Positions 1 through 11,660 of a DNA stretch of 64,000 nucleotides are shown in pieces. The first letter of the stretch is position 1. The number at the start of each line of letters is the position of its first letter. The notes below the pieces were generated by a model that ran no database searches, was not told the DNA's origin, and saw only the letters and a list, made by a program, of their open reading frames with translations. Source of the stretch: Camelus dromedarius (Eukaryota); NCBI RefSeq assembly GCF_036321535.1, contig NC_087436.1, positions 38,070,001-38,134,000 of the forward strand. Reading direction: 5' to 3'. The position numbers were made by a program, and so were the translations under genes.

Positions 1-2077
1 TGTAAATCTTACACGTGGAACAGGGTCTGCTTGATTCCTGAAGAGGCGGAGAGTTTATCTGTCCGATCCTTTTGGCCTCCCTCTGTTCTGTTTTGGAAAC
101 TGATTGCTGCAGAGTGTCTTCCAAACTACACTCACTACCCCCAGACTTCACAAAGACTGATGCGAAGCAACAACACTGCAAATGTCCTCACGTGGTTAGT
201 GGTTTCAATTTGGAATCTGGTGCTGGTTTCTGGAAGAGATGAGAAGGAAAATTTTCCTGTCCTGGGGATTTTGTATGTTTTTTCTGTCTCTTAGATATTT
301 TCCCTCTTAAAATGTGGTTGTGAAAAGCAGATGTTCAGGAAAGCTAAAAGTCCTGGAAATATTCATCTGCTTGGTAACTCAATACCTCAGGGTATACATT
401 GTCCATAGTAGCAAAATAGATTTTTTTTTTCTGCCTCCCATGGAATTGTAGCCATTGAGATAGTGTAAAATATGCCTTCTGAATTTAGCCTGCACTCAAA
501 TCTGTTTATTGTTCAAAGAAATCATGTAATGCCAATTTAAGGTGTTTTTTTTTGAGTCTTTCATAAATCAACTGCATATTTATTTTGCTGACCAGAGAGA
601 GTCAGATGAAAACACTCAACATTAAATTTCTACCCTAAATATCACAAAATAAATACCAAGGTCTCCTTAAAAACTTTGAGATCCCAACTTTGCCTCTAAT
701 AGTAGTCTCCAATGTTCAGCATTTGAAAACATAGAGGAAAGTCATTGTAACTGCTACTTTGGTATAGCGTCCCGGAGCACCAGGACATCAGTTACAGCCC
801 CCGTTGTTGTAAGGTGACATTGAGCCTCATTTAAAAAGTTACACACAAAGTTTCTCACCTACCAGAAGATTCAAAACTTGGAGTGTTTGTTCAAATGATT
901 GCTCTAGTAACAATAATGTATTGAAACCACCTTTATTTTCTGACATTTGTCTGTGTAAGGCAAGTGATTCATGACCCTAATTGTATATGGAAGAAATAAA
1001 TTTGAAAGAAACATTTTGTTACAGCAGAGGCTGATATTCATAACTGGTTCCTTGAATATCAGGTAACTAATCAGTCATGGATATATTAACAGGTTATTCA
1101 TGCTTTTCTAGTTTTCACTCTGAAATAAATAAAAAGAGGCCCATTGGCTGGGGTATCATTCGATATTATAATGATACAGTGCTGATAATAATTTCTACTA
1201 GGGAAATACAGTAGCTGTCTTCACATTCACCAAAGTAATAAATAAGCAAACTTCCAGCTTATATACAATCTTTCCTCAGTTTGTTGCTTTCTGAAAATTG
1301 CTTTGAAAGTTAATTAGAACTGCATAAAATATAGCCAGCATACCAGTCCCTAAGAACAGCACACAACAGAAATACTTGATCAGAAAAGCAAAATGTTTAT
1401 TTCACTGGCTAGATTTGGCAATGTACTCCTGTGGCTGCTACTCAGTCTTTTTTGAGTAACCTAGTCTCCTCTCCTCCCTTCTGGCCACTTCCCCGTACTT
1501 AATCTTAAATTTGTGCATTGAGCACTATGGTTGTACTCTGGTGAATGTGTATTTGAGAGCTATTTCTGTTCTCTGATTTTAGCACTATTGTGTTGACTAT
1601 TTACATAATGCATATCAATCAAGATAGTGCCTCCTTTTAGAATGTGTTTAGTCCGTGATCATCACCTGATTTTACTTGACAATCAAAGTTTATTGTCCTG
1701 TCAAGAGTGTCCCTTTTAGTCATAATCATCCTATACTGAATCATCAATACATAGTTTCAGGCTAAACTAGCGAGACTCCTTTCGGATGCTTCACACGCCA
1801 CAGAGAAATGAGGCATGTATTCCATGCTATAGGCTGATTAGTGCTGGAGGTGTGTGGACAGCGGGGCCCAGAAGGGCTGTAACCAACTTTCTGAGGGACA
1901 AAAAGTCACAGAGGCAAAAACTGAGTGCCTTGTTTGGGTCTAATTTCATAGAACAATCAATCTCAATCTTTTTCTACTTGTCAGTCTTTTGAGAGAATAT
2001 AAAGTTGGGCTTAATTCTTTAGACAAAAGCAAATACGCACATACACCATTTTTTTTTTCCAAAAAATTTCTAACAGT

Positions 2078-2770
2078 TGTTAGGTCTCCTGAAATCTCGG
2101 GTTAAGAATTTCCACTGGGACCAATTGGGTTTCCAAGCAGAGCGAAGTTGGAGTTCATTATATTAAACTGGTGGGAATCTTTAAGAGAAGAAGAAAGATA
2201 ATAAGACAGTAATGAGGGAAAGAAGCAAGAGAGTTCATGGAAACAAAAAACAATGTGATTGAAGCAATGAGCAATGAATGGCAAGATATAATGCAGAGCT
2301 GCAGAGAAATTATCTGGACGACTTGTTATCTTACAGGGAATTAAACTTTTCAGAAATTGGTTCAGATGACCCAGGATGTCCTCAGAGCTCATTCTGAAGG
2401 AGATACAATTTTGACAGATCTTGAGGGTTCTTGGCAGATGCTTAGCAGGCTCCCTGGGATGCTGGAGTTGCTGACCTCAGAATCAGCAGGGCTATGGTCG
2501 CTTTCAATAAGATAGAGTTTGTTAAGGAAAGAGAAATTTTATGTCACCTTGGGTTTGGGATCTACTGAGAGAGTGAAAGACGGGGACTGGAGTTCAGATT
2601 ACGAGGGAAGTGTGCTTGGGCCACAGATGAAAACAAGGAGTTTCAAGTGTCCTTTAGCTGCTCAGCATAAAGGGACACATTTTGGGTGGAAGGTGGGGTT
2701 CTCAGGTGAACTGAGGGTAGGACATGGTTCAGAAAGAGTGTACCTAAGTCCTGATGCTGATTTGGTGACA
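2078..2770. mobile_element. possible ancient solo LTR (family unassigned)
   Basis: Block starts TGTTA (2078) and ends GTGACA (2770), i.e. TG...CA termini, with LTR-like composition. No TSD found. Confidence 0.25.
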
Positions 2771-2774
2771 CAAG

Positions 2775-2930
2775 AATCAAGTCCTAGCTCTGAATTTACC
2801 ATGACCTAGCTTTGTGAATTTGAATAAATTATCGTACATCTCTGGATCTCTTTTCCCCACTCAGATAAAGGGCCACAGGAAGCCTAAGTGATCTCTAAGA
2901 TTCCTTCCAACTCTAGAGGTCTCTGGTTAT
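2775..2930 (+). mobile_element. MIR3-like SINE fragment
   Basis: Core-like 'gtcctagctctg' and 3' end 'gatctctaagattccttccaactcta', resembling the MIR3 terminus. Confidence 0.6.
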
Positions 2931-2980
2931 GGCAGAGACTGGAAATTAATGGGAAGAAGAGTCATAATGCTTCAACAATG

Positions 2981-3312
2981 TTTTACTTCTTTTCTTTTTT
3001 TAAAAAATTGAAGTACAGTGGGTTTATAATATGTCAGTTTCTGTTGTACAGCACAGTGAATGAGATATACACACACACACGCACACACACACATATATAT
3101 TCCTTTTGATATTCTTTTTCGTTATAGACTATTACAAGGTATTGAATATAGTTCCCTGTGCTGTGCAATAGGACTTCGTTGTTTATCTGTTTTATATACA
3201 GTAATTTGTATCTGCAAATCCGAAACGCCTAATTTTTCCCTCCACCAACCCCCTTCCCACCCCTGGTAAACATAAGTTTGTTTTCTATGTCTGTGAATCT
3301 GTTTCCGCTTTA
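2981..3312 (-). mobile_element. LINE-1 3' end, artiodactyl type, 5'-truncated, with internal (CA)n
   Basis: T-rich tail then 'aattgaagtacag...gaatatagttccctgtgctgtgcaatagg...tttgttttctatgtctgtgaatctgtttc'. This is the reverse complement of the L1 3'UTR also seen at 8000-8280 and 54530-54780. Confidence 0.9.
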
Positions 3313-4584
3313 GTTATTTTCAAAAAGATCTCTCTCTCCCTTTTATGCCCTCTCTGATTCTTTGGGTATGTTGATTAAGACTTTTAGTAGATTAGTATCA
3401 CTGACTTCATGAAATATAAGAATCACAATTTTCCCAAGGAAATCTTGACAATTATATTTTTCTACCAGCAGTTGGAAATCAGCAGTGTTCGTTAACTTTT
3501 TAAAAAAGCAAATACTGCATTTATTTACTCTGTTGTGTGGAAACTTACCACTGCCAGCTTCAACCACAGAACATTCTATAAGAAGCAGTTGTGGTTTCCA
3601 GATGAGGGCAAGCGAATAGGATTTTCCAAGGCTGCTTCGGAGAGCATCAGATATTTCAGCATATTTCGTATCTTGGCACAGTGAACCTGTTATGAATTCT
3701 CTGGGCCTGGCTGTCTCTCTCCTACCCCAATTATTACCTTCTTACTCTGGCAGAGTAGAACACCAGGAACTCGTATGGGATGCAGGAGCTGGTTCCAGTG
3801 GTCTCGGCAATGCCTCAAGTCTCCTGTTGGGTAGATTCTTGCAGAATGAGGCTGGAAGTGCCACTTAGAGGCTCTGATTCTAACCTCTGCAGTAAGCAAA
3901 AATCCAGTCCTCGTACTCATCAGCTGGAGCTGGGTTCCCATATGCCACTTATTTTTCTTAAGTGGAGCAAAGACAGTGCCAATACAAAGTAAAGAAAACT
4001 GATTTCATATACATTTAAAGCTGACGTGCACTTTGTATGTCACCTTGCGTAAGATATTGCTCAGGCCACACTGCAAACCTGTCAGTGCATGTGTCTTGTC
4101 TATAATGACCCAGATAATTGTCCTATAATAGTTTAAATAGAAAGGGATTATTTATCATGATTGATGGAAAACGATTTTTGAGGAGGAACAGCATCTGAGG
4201 TGCTTTTATTCTCCTGGTGTTTAAAATGTGGGGCAAACACTAAAAGTCCTATGAATTCAGACTAAAGCAGCAGACGTGAGCCTATTTTACTCTCTACTGG
4301 ATGGACACCATTTAGAAAAGTGCCAACCCGGGCTTTCTGGGTCTCTGAGTTGTTGACAATACAGACTTGTTTAACAATGTCTGTTATTCAATAGGCATAA
4401 TGGTTATTAACTACACTCTGTTTCAGTTATGATATTAGTTCTCTAATGTGGAAGGTCTATATAACTATTTTTTAAAGGAAATCCCCATACTCCTAAAATT
4501 GTTAGTTCTAGTTGTCTTATTTAAAATATACTGATAAATAGAAAAACAGAAAGACATTTGGAAGCCAATGAACATGCTGAGCCT

Positions 4585-4720
4585 AGGTTAATGTAGTAGA
4601 AAGATCATTGGGTTTTGTGTTAGAATACTTGTATTCTGGCTGCAGCTTTGTGTCACTATGCGTGTGATCTTGAGGGACTTACTTTATTTCTATCAGATAG
4701 ATAGCATCTGAAAATGGATA
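4585..4720 (+). mobile_element. MIR SINE fragment
   Basis: 'aatgtagtagaaagatcattggg...tgtgatcttgagg...catctgaaaatgg' MIR head and core pattern. Confidence 0.6.
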
Positions 4721-4723
4721 GTC

Positions 4724-4890
4724 TACTACAGCAGGCAAATTCTAAGATTCTCCCCATGATTTCCACTCCCTGGCATGTATGTCCCATATAATCTCCCCCT
4801 CTTGAATCTTGGTGGCACTTGTGTACATAAGGGAATGTTACTCCTGTAATTATATTATTGATTATATGCAAAAGATGAAAGGATCGTTAT
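4724..4890 (+). mobile_element. MaLR LTR 5' fragment (MLT1E/F-like)
   Basis: 'gcaaattctaagattctccccatgatttccactccctgg...taatctccccctcttgaat' resembles the MLT1E/F 5' end. Confidence 0.65.
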
Positions 4891-4894
4891 GATG

Positions 4895-5080
4895 TAACAA
4901 TGGTTAATCTTGAGGAGGGAGCAGTGATTGGAACAAAGTATTATGCAACTCCTAGGTGCAGACAATGTTCTCTTTCTTCATCCAAAAACTGGTTACTTGG
5001 CTATGCAGTTTATTAAAATTCACAGAACTATACTATGTGTACTTTCTGGATACTTATTGTGTTTCAGTAAAATATTAAAG
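4895..5080 (+). mobile_element. old LINE-1 (L1ME-like) 3' end
   Basis: 'aatgttctctttcttcatc...ggttac...aaaattcacagaactatac...gtactttctg...tttcagtaaaa' old L1M 3' terminus pattern. Confidence 0.6.
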
Positions 5081-7306
5081 CATTTATATGTACTCTGAAA
5101 AACTATTTTTCTTTTAAACTCTTAAAAATTAAAATTATCTAAATAATAAAAAATTTACACAGAATGATTCAAATAAAGCTGACATTCGTTTGTTTGAAAA
5201 TTTATTTAAATTTATGAAATATTTTGATTAAAGTCACACTATTCACAATTCTAGTGTTCAATATTTATCTAGTTGCCACTGAAAGAATTGATTTCATGCT
5301 TCATGTATTTTACATCTAGTTCCACAAATATTTAAATTTAAGAGTAATATGATTTGTGGAGTGTTGCAAACTGTTCTTCAGCCACCATCTGCAACTGATG
5401 TGAGTTCTCTGCTAATTCATGAGTAGTCACAGAACTACAATTTGAAATGCACACAAAAGTAAGAACAGATGCTTGACATTACTATAGAATGGTACTTCAT
5501 TATTCAAGAATTGACTGTATTCATACAGTCTAGGAGAACAAATTTTTTCACTAATTAGCCTGCCTCTTACCTAAGCACTGCTATTACCCACATCCTCTCC
5601 AACCAAACAAAAGTGTTACCTATTTCTGATATCAGTCAATGCACAATTCACAAATCTTCATGGCATTCCCATGTAGTCACTTTTTGTTAAAAGGACATAT
5701 GGACTAAGATATGAGTGACATTTCACTGGGGCCTGAATAGTTTCAGAAATAAGAAATGATATTTGGAGTTCCAGGTCTTGTCGGCGCTGGGAGCCAGATC
5801 CCAAGTGCAGAGGTGCCCGTGCGTTCTTTAGTAAATGTGTTTGTTCCTTTATTTTGTTTATGATATGTGGACCCTCTAAAGTCTAGAGCCCAAAGCAGAA
5901 AGCTCTTTACCTGTGTCTGAGGGTCGGACTGATGGGCAACACTAAGGGTTTTTGAAAAATTTAGCATTTTGAAGAGGAGAGATTCATTATGTCATTCAAT
6001 GCTATAATAGAAATGTGATTTACCATATGAAATAATATATATTCACTATCTATGTCCTGAAAAATTACCCACCAGCACCTTCATATTTATGCTTTGCATT
6101 TAATAGCAAAGTCATTTGTTTTCTTCCCTTGCCTAAAGTACCCGTTGCATTTTATCATTTATTTTCAAGTTGGTATTTTTCTTAGTGAAAGTTCCTGTTT
6201 ATTAGCATCTATCAAAATAAAACAAAATATTTTTGTCTTTCTATATTTTCTCTTTCATCATTCACATTGTAGCTATTTCCTAATATGTCTTTCTTAGAAA
6301 AATGTTTCCTAATATCAAGTATTGCCCCTGCTTCCTAATACTGAATATTGCTTAGTTAAGCCCACAGAAAGGTGACTCCTTTTCAGGCAGTTCAGATTTT
6401 TTCACTCTTAGCATGGTTACCAAATACGACATTATGAGTGAGACTGTTCTAATTTTTAAATGAAAATCTTCCATGATGTTATCAATTGCTGAACTCTTAA
6501 TTATGATACAAAATTTAGGGAAAATTACATAATTGGAAACCACTATTCAGGAGATGCTCTGAAGCAGTTGTTCCTGGCATCACTACTACAATATAATTAT
6601 AATAGAACGCCTCTCAATAGATTGTGTATGTGCCTTGAGTATTATATAATGAGACCACAACTGTTAATCCAATAAATCTGATAACAAAGAATTCATGAAA
6701 TGATCATAGTGATTTCAATATAAGTGAGTTTAGTGTTCTATTGCAGATGTTTCTGTTAGGAGGGAAAAAACTCAAACAAAAGTTACTTCTTATCAATGAA
6801 GGAGTTCACTGTAAAGTGGACTTGTCATATAATGTCTATTTCTTTAGAAATGAATGTTGTTTCTTTCAGAGGAAATAGAGATTATATCACTACCTAGAAA
6901 TTATATTTATATATGAGTGAAATGAGCCTACTAATTTTTTCCCCTGCTTAATCTCTTGTGATATAAGCTATAAACTCCAAAATTTGTGGTAAATTAAATT
7001 TTTATTTTTTGTTTTAGAATATCATTGAAGATGGAATATAGTTTTTCTTCATACAAATATATGCATATAAATGTATAAAAAATTCAATGAGTTGCTTCCC
7101 TTTTAAATAATTTCAAAATCTGCCTTTTTACATGGAACCTCAAAACTTTTTAAACTTAAAATTGCTCTTCCTTGATTAAAGAATAAGGAAGAAGTTCTTT
7201 GGAGTCCAACCTTGAACTAACAGTCAAAGGTAGGACATTTTGGGGTTTCTTCAAATGTTTATTCAATGGTTATTTTTAAATGTTTATGGACAAATTTTTA
7301 AAAAAT

Positions 7307-7899
7307 TTCTCCAGGCCCATCCATGTTGCTGCAAATGTCATTATTTTATTTTTTATGGCCGAGTAGTATTCCATTATATAAATATACCACAACTTCTTTA
7401 TCCAGTCATCTGTCAATGGATATTTAGGTTGTTTCCATGTCTTGGCTGTTTGTAAATAATGCTGCTATGAACATTGGAGTGCATGTCTCTTTTTGAATTA
7501 GAGTTCCGTCTGGATATATGCCCAGGAGTGGGATTGCTGAATCATATGGTAAGTCTATTTTAAGTCTTTTGAGGAATCTCCATACTGTTTTCCATGATGG
7601 TTTCACCAAACTATATTCCCACCAACAGTTTAGGAAAGTTCCCTTTTCTCCAAACCCTCTCCAGCATTTATCGTTTGTGGACTTTTGAATGATGGCCATT
7701 CTGACTGGTGTTAGGTGATACCTCATTGTAGTTTTCATTTGCATTTCTCTGATAATTAGCGATGTTGAGCATTTTTTCATGTGTCTATTGGCCATTTGTA
7801 TGTCTTCATTGGAGAATTGCTTGTTTGGATGTTCTGCCCAGTTTTGGATTGGGTTGTTTGTTTTTTCATTACTAAGTTGTATGAGCTGTTTATATATTC
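7307..7899 (-). mobile_element. young LINE-1, inverted 5' segment (ORF2 C-terminal region)
   Basis: ORF 7424..7795(-) translates to [36 protein letters not shown]...KCWRG..EKGT...CWWE...PMFIAALFT, the L1 ORF2p C-terminal cysteine-rich domain. Confidence 0.97.
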
Positions 7900-8314
7900 A
7901 TTCTAAGTGAAGTAAGCCAGAAAGAGAAAGAAAAATACCATATGATATCACTTTTATGTGGAATCTAAAAAAAAAGAAGACAAACAAACTTATTTATAAA
8001 ACAGAAATAGACTCACAGACATAGAAAACAAACTTATGGTTACAGGCAGGGGAATGGGGTGGGATGGGACAAATTGGGAGTTCAAGATTTGCAGATACTA
8101 ACTAATATATATAGAATAAACAACAAGTTCATACTGTATAGCACAGGGAACTATATTCAGTATCTTATAGTAACTTATGGTGAAAAAGACTATGAAAAGA
8201 ATATATGTATGTTCATGCATGACTGAAGCATTATGTTGTACACCAGAAATTGACACAACATTGTAAACTGACTATACTTCAATAAATAAATATATACTAT
8301 ATATAAGTAAATGT
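7898..8314 (+). mobile_element. young LINE-1, sense 3' segment (ORF2 end, 3'UTR, decayed A-tail) of the same insertion
   Basis: 'cattctaagtgaagtaagccagaaagagaaagaaaaatacc' through 'gactatacttcaataaa'. Candidate TSD aaatttctc at 7303-7311 and 8315-8323. Confidence 0.95.
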
Positions 8315-8364
8315 AAATTTCTCAGTTGTAATTTGGAAGATGGTACATAAATATAAAACAATAT

Positions 8365-9245
8365 TGAATGACTTCTATTCTTGGTCATGAGGATTTAGCA
8401 GAAGCCAATGCACTTTTCCCCCCATGAAATCAGCTAGAAAAGTCTACTATAAGAACACACACTTTTCAGACTTTGGGTATTAGGCATCTCAGACGGTCAT
8501 CTCCAAAAGAAGAGAAACAAATGATACAAGCCCTATAATTGCCTCCAGCTTACTGCCTGGAGAGAGTTTCTAGCCCATGTGAAGAGGTGGGGAGAGGCAA
8601 ACAAAACAGACCCAGTGATCGCAGTGCTTTGAGGAAGCAGAGTTGAATTTTGGAGGCTAAATCAGACTAGCAGAACCAAATATCAGGAAGAAAAGAGCTC
8701 CACAGGGGAATCTCTAAAAATTTACAGAGGGCTCTCTCAAGTGTTTGACCCAGTACTGACAGGCACAGATGTAGGAGGAACCTACCCAAAACAGGAAAAG
8801 ATCACGTTAAAGAAGAGGTGGGATAAGCCCCAGAGTTCAGATGGCTCCCAACTCAGAAGACTCAGCAAATTCACCAAATATTAAAGGAAAAGGTAATACC
8901 AATTCTGTATAAACTTCCAAAAGACAGAAGAGGAGGAGACACATCCCAAACATTCTGAGTCACAAATCAGCCAGACACCAAGAGCAGAAAAAAATTACAA
9001 GAAAATTAAAGATTAATATTCCCCATTAAGCGGACACAATCATCCTTAATCAAATATTAGAAAATACATTTTAACAATATTAGAAAGAAAGAACATATCA
9101 TGCCCTAGTGAGTTTATCACAGGAAACCAAGGTTGTTTCATTTTAAAATCAGTCAATATAATTCATCATAAGAACAAACTGAAAAAAGATTATCTCTGTA
9201 AGTGAAGAAAAAATATTTGACATCCATTAACTCATGGATCCTAAC
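8365..9245 (+). mobile_element. old LINE-1 fragments (L1M 5' region ~8365-8850 plus ORF2 piece ~8860-9245)
   Basis: 'caaattcaccaaatattaaaggaaaaggtaataccaattctg...aaatattagaaaatac...aaaaatatttgac' is decayed ORF2 RT-region sequence. The upstream part resembles L1M 5' ends and is less certain. Confidence 0.7.
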
Positions 9246-9351
9246 TGGTGACACACAAGTTCAACTTGTTTCATTACTGATGATGTTCACTTTGGTCCAG
9301 TTTTTCTCAACCAAAGATACTCTGAGAGAATTAAACCCTAATATTCTAAGG

Positions 9352-9650
9352 CTGGGCTTGGCAAACTTTTTCTGTCAATGGCCATGTATTAATAATTTAG
9401 GCCACTGTAACAGGAAAGAAGCCATGGATAATGCATAAACAAATGGCTCTGGTTGCATTAAAATTCTATTTATGGACAATGAGATTTGAATTTCACTTAA
9501 CTTTCATATATCACAATGTCACCTTCTTTTTCCTTTTTTCAACCATTTAAAAATGTAAGAAGTCATTCTTAGCTCGTAATAAATACATTAAAAAAAAAAA
9601 AAAGGTAGCTGGCTGGATTGGTCCTGCAGGCTCTATTTTGCTGACCTGTG
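9352..9650 (+). mobile_element. MER58B-like hAT-Charlie non-autonomous DNA transposon
   Basis: Degenerate TIRs ctgggcttggcaaact / attttgctgacctgtg. 8-bp flanks ttctaagg (9344-9351) and ctctaaga (9651-9658) fit the NTCTAGAN target. Internal 'tttgaatttcac...caaccatttaaaaatgtaa...cattcttagctc'. Confidence 0.88.
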
Positions 9651-9779
9651 CTCTAAGACACTCATGTGTAATGAATTCATTTATTTCTTATGCTTTTAGA
9701 ATGAACTATTCTTGGAAGAATTGAGAAAATAATCACCCAAATGTGTGTTCTTTAATTCAAATGTGGTGTCCTAATTGAA

Positions 9780-10440
9780 AAAGGCTGTGTTGTGTCACCA
9801 AGATCCTCTACTGTAAAGTTACTCTTTTCTGCTTTCAAAGTGTGTTTTGTGGGGAGAGGTATTTTGAGCTGTGTAAATATCCCTTTACATTAAAAGAATA
9901 AATTTCAATTTATTCACACACTTATTTATTTGCATCTGTAAGGACTCAAGATTTCCTATTTTATTCAATGAGTTTTACTCTATCCCTTATTTTGATGCTT
10001 AAATTTTTCCTAATTTGGTCAGTGGGAGGCCACTCATGCTGACTCCAGTTTCTTTTGGGTATATCCCCATTATTCTTTGAGCATTTCCTTTCTGGAAACA
10101 ACAAGGTCTTCTAGACTCATCTTACTGAGGTTTCCTGCTCCAGCCCTCAAATTAGGCATTTTTCTCCAAAAGTTTGAGCTCCTTTTACTGGAGAATGGGA
10201 TTTAGAAGTCAGTATCTAGGACCTAGTTGTGTTCATTATCATTGGGGTGTTGCTATATCCAGGCTCTATCAGTGGACGGGCAGATATGCATACTCATACA
10301 TACACATATTTACCTCTATGTTTACTTCTCTATCTTTATCTATTGAAAGCCATGTGATCATACCAAACTTAGTACTACATGGTTTGTGCTAGCTTTCTCC
10401 TTTTCTATATCTGACTTTTCAGACAATGAGAAACTTGGCT
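9780..10440 (-). mobile_element. old LINE-1 3'UTR (L1MC4/5-like)
   Basis: 'ttattttgatgcttaaatt...tttggtcagtgggagg...ttctagactcatctt...ccagccct...tttctccaa...ttagaagtcagtatctagg' pattern. Confidence 0.75.
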
Positions 10441-10683
10441 CTATTAACCAATCCCCTTATATGTCAACAATCTCTCAAATCTGTTGCCACCACCTGACCT
10501 CGCTCACGTGGACACCCTTCTCACCCTGCTGCCTCCCCATGCCGGATGCACCTCCGCATGAATGCCCTTTTCACCCCTCTTGGGCTCCATCACTCCTGTT
10601 GGTCCAAACGAGACCCTCTCCACCTTTGCTGTAGTTTGACACCCTATATCGGGCTTCCACATGCATGTATTCCCTTCTTGAAT

Positions 10684-11203
10684 TGTAGTAGAAAAGAACA
10701 AATCTGACTCCATCTTAGATCTGTTTCTTTAGCTCTAACCCTGTGCTCTGTTTCCTGGGCTTAGTCATGCTGGTTCTGCACCTTTTGCAAAAGAATGTTG
10801 CCCAGAGCCTAAAATATACCAGATAGCCCATTCTCCAGGCTCTGACCTTTAAGAGTATAACACTTTCCCATTCATATAAAGATAAAAAGTTGCAGAACAG
10901 AAAATAATAATCGTCTTGTTGGAGGCTTACAGGGACACCAGGACCTGACCTACATGGACAGCTGCAAGAACAAAGGATTCGGACTCCAAGAAGTTTGCAA
11001 CAGCCAACAATACCTCCTCCTCTTTTTAGTATAAAAGGAGCCTGAATTTTGACTTGGGGAAGATGGCTGTCCAGGACATTAGTCTGCCGTCTTCGTGGTC
11101 TGCTGGCTTTCCAAATAAAGTCATTATTCCTCACCCCAGCACCTCGCCTCCCTATTTATTGGCCTGTCGTGTGGCGAGTAGAACTAGTCTGGACTCAGTA
11201 ACA
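10684..11203 (+). mobile_element. complete ERV1-class solo LTR (MER41/MER57-like group)
   Basis: TG...CA termini, 'gactccatctt' near the 5' end, TATAAAA at 11030-11036, AATAAA at 11114-11119, and U5 end 'tttattggcctgtcgtgtggcgag...ggactcagtaaca'. No clear TSD. Confidence 0.88.
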
Positions 11204-11489
11204 GTTCCAGGCAATGTAAGGCTATTTCCCGAGATACTTCTGGGGCAGGAGGGGCCTGGCAGCATTGTTCAAATCACACTGCCTAAGTCACTAGTGTCTT
11301 CACTATTTAGAGTGTGAGGATGCACATCACACACTGTGACCCAAGCTGTGACCCTGCCACAGTCAGAATTTCTCTTACACACGTAGGATAAACATGCTTA
11401 GGCATGCTGAGGAGAGAAAACATCCCTAAGTAAAAAACGGAATTGCCATTTGCACAGCATCATTCAATGGGTACAGCATTTCTGTTGAT

Positions 11490-11660
11490 ATCAGCCCATT
11501 TAATCCTCATAAATGAACTCTCCCCATTTTATCTTATGATTAGTTCATGGGGCTCAGGGACACTAAGACATTCGTCCAAGCACTGGTGCATTATCAAAAC
11601 TGAAGAAGCACAGTAGTGCCCAGACTTTGAGATCAGGGCTCATTTTCTCTGCTGTGCTGT
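11490..11660 (-). mobile_element. MIR SINE fragment
   Basis: 'catttaatcctcataa...ccccattttat...ggggctcaggga' reverse MIR core. Confidence 0.6.

Noticed and set aside
5760..5830. CpG island, promoter or CTCF site
   Set aside because: The GC patch is only about 70 bp with a few CpGs, and the CTCF resemblance is weak.
10715..11134. 139-aa ORF
   Set aside because: Antisense chance ORF inside a solo LTR.
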